Assembly (NCBI GenBank): GCA_024679065.1 | Contig: JAGIQG010000048.1 | Span: 372,001 to 436,000, forward strand | Direction: 5' to 3' | DNA: 64,000 bases | Source: Sphyrna mokarran | Lineage: Eukaryota | Part shown: positions 62,576 to 64,000 of the stretch, one piece after another | Numbering within the stretch: the stretch's first letter is position 1 | Layout: the number at the start of each line of letters is the position of its first letter | Position numbers and translations under genes: made by a program | The notes under the pieces: generated by a model | What the model saw: the letters and a program-made list of their open reading frames with translations, nothing else | What the model was told of the DNA's origin: nothing | The model's database searches: none

Positions 62576-64000
62576 CCGTGTTCAATATGAAATAAACGTG
62601 GACATAAAGTGCAGACCTAAGACCGCATCCACTTTAGTAGAGAGACAGGCCTACATTAATAAAAGCAGAGTGTCTGTCGAGCTTAATAGAAACAGATAAA
62701 TGGTGGTGTGTCATATAAACAAAGACAGCATCTAATTTTGTATAAACAGAGAGCATATCTAGTGTAATATGAACAGAGAAATATCTTCATTTAATATAAA
62801 CTGGCATACTGATTAGTTAATTTAACATCAGCAGAGCAGGGTCACGGAGGATTGTTATATAGAGACTGGGCCTAGTGTCCCATCAAACATTCCAAGCTCA
62901 GGCGCAGCATGTGTTTAGGTGCTGAGTGTTAAGCTCCCTCCACATTGCAATATTAAACGTTCCCGAGGCACGGGATAGATACGAAGTGAATCTTCTTCCC
63001 CACTGTCTCAATTTAATATTGGCTGTTGAGAAATAATCAAACTCTCCATTCAAACAGGCGGGTGGCCGGGACAGGACGGGTTAGATTTCCAGGGAATGTC
63101 CAATATACACTTTGGAGAAAAGCTGCCCTGATATATTCCAATTAATTGAATTAGATCCATTTAGTTAGAAGCCTGTTGATTTGGCTGAGGGAAAACAATA
63201 ACTGGAGCTTGACCTGATGTTGTTGAAAATGATCTATCGTGAGAGACAAGACAGAGAATCAGATAGGAGAAAAACACAGGGACATAAAACACAAGAAATC
63301 TCCACAAGTATATTTGCGGTGGCGTTGTATTTCGAGATTACAGGGAATCTTTCCCTCAGAGATGATCATAGTCCTTTTTGTGTAAAATAACACATGAAGA
63401 AAAATGTCCAAGAAACGATCAGGATTGGAATCCGTTGATTTATATCCACGTTTGCCTATTTCTGTACTGTGTTGATGGAGAAATTTTTCTTGTGATTTTT
63501 CTCAGTCAATAAATGTATTCTGGGATTGCTATTTCTCTGTTTATTTACACAAACGCCTCACTGGTTGGGATGAAGTTTCACGACCGCAAAACCAGATAAA
63601 GAGTCACTTTTCGATTCGTTTTAACTCAGAATAATGGTTTAATTTAAGTACATTGACAGTTGATTCAAAATGAAGAGAATCTTCCTGAATACCCATTAGA
63701 GCAGGTGCTGTTTAATTCAAATAAAGAGATCCTTTCTAAATAAACATTTGTTCTGATGTCAAAATAAATAAAACATATTTGAACAGGTTGTTATTCCACT
63801 GAATGTCTAATTTGATTGACGATTTGATCTACTTAAATTGGACAAGTTAAAGCATCAGCCGCCGAGTGAGTACAATCTCAGAGCTTTCAACATATCAAAT
63901 ATTGTATTGTGTATTGGCAACATATGGAAAGAGCTTGCATTTAGTTCATGGAAATATAGAAACCATACATTGCAGAAGGAGGCCATGCAATCCGTCATGT

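Overview
Cartilaginous-fish (shark-type) genomic DNA. The core is one complete, unrearranged IgM heavy-chain minilocus on the minus strand (29826-48948): leader, VH, D1, D2, JH, Cmu1-Cmu4 with secretory tail, TM1 and TM2. Its RSSs follow the 23 / 12-22 / 12-12 / 23 pattern and all splice phases are in frame. Downstream of it lie three decayed tRNA genes (Asn, Val, Cys), a CTCF-like site and a frameshifted C2H2 zinc-finger gene with a CCAAT/CRE/NRF1/ETS promoter. The rest is dense with CR1 LINEs (one near-complete ORF2), V-SINEs, Rex1 fragments and Penelope remnants, one of which keeps hammerhead ribozyme motifs. Less expected observations: (i) three kb-scale palindromes plus a 1.3-kb inverted duplication bracketing the whole IgM cluster; (ii) a CR1 whose 3' end is a highly structured ~120-nt RNA domain followed by a B-box-less V-SINE, with four 5'-truncated copies of that tail; (iii) a G-rich non-template tract about 1 kb upstream of Cmu1, where a tetrapod switch region would sit; (iv) an old tandem duplication of the VH 5' flank with a triplicated non-coding element. 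Three N-gaps show a draft assembly, so the palindromes need long-read confirmation. Repeat boundaries are approximate and identities were judged by eye.
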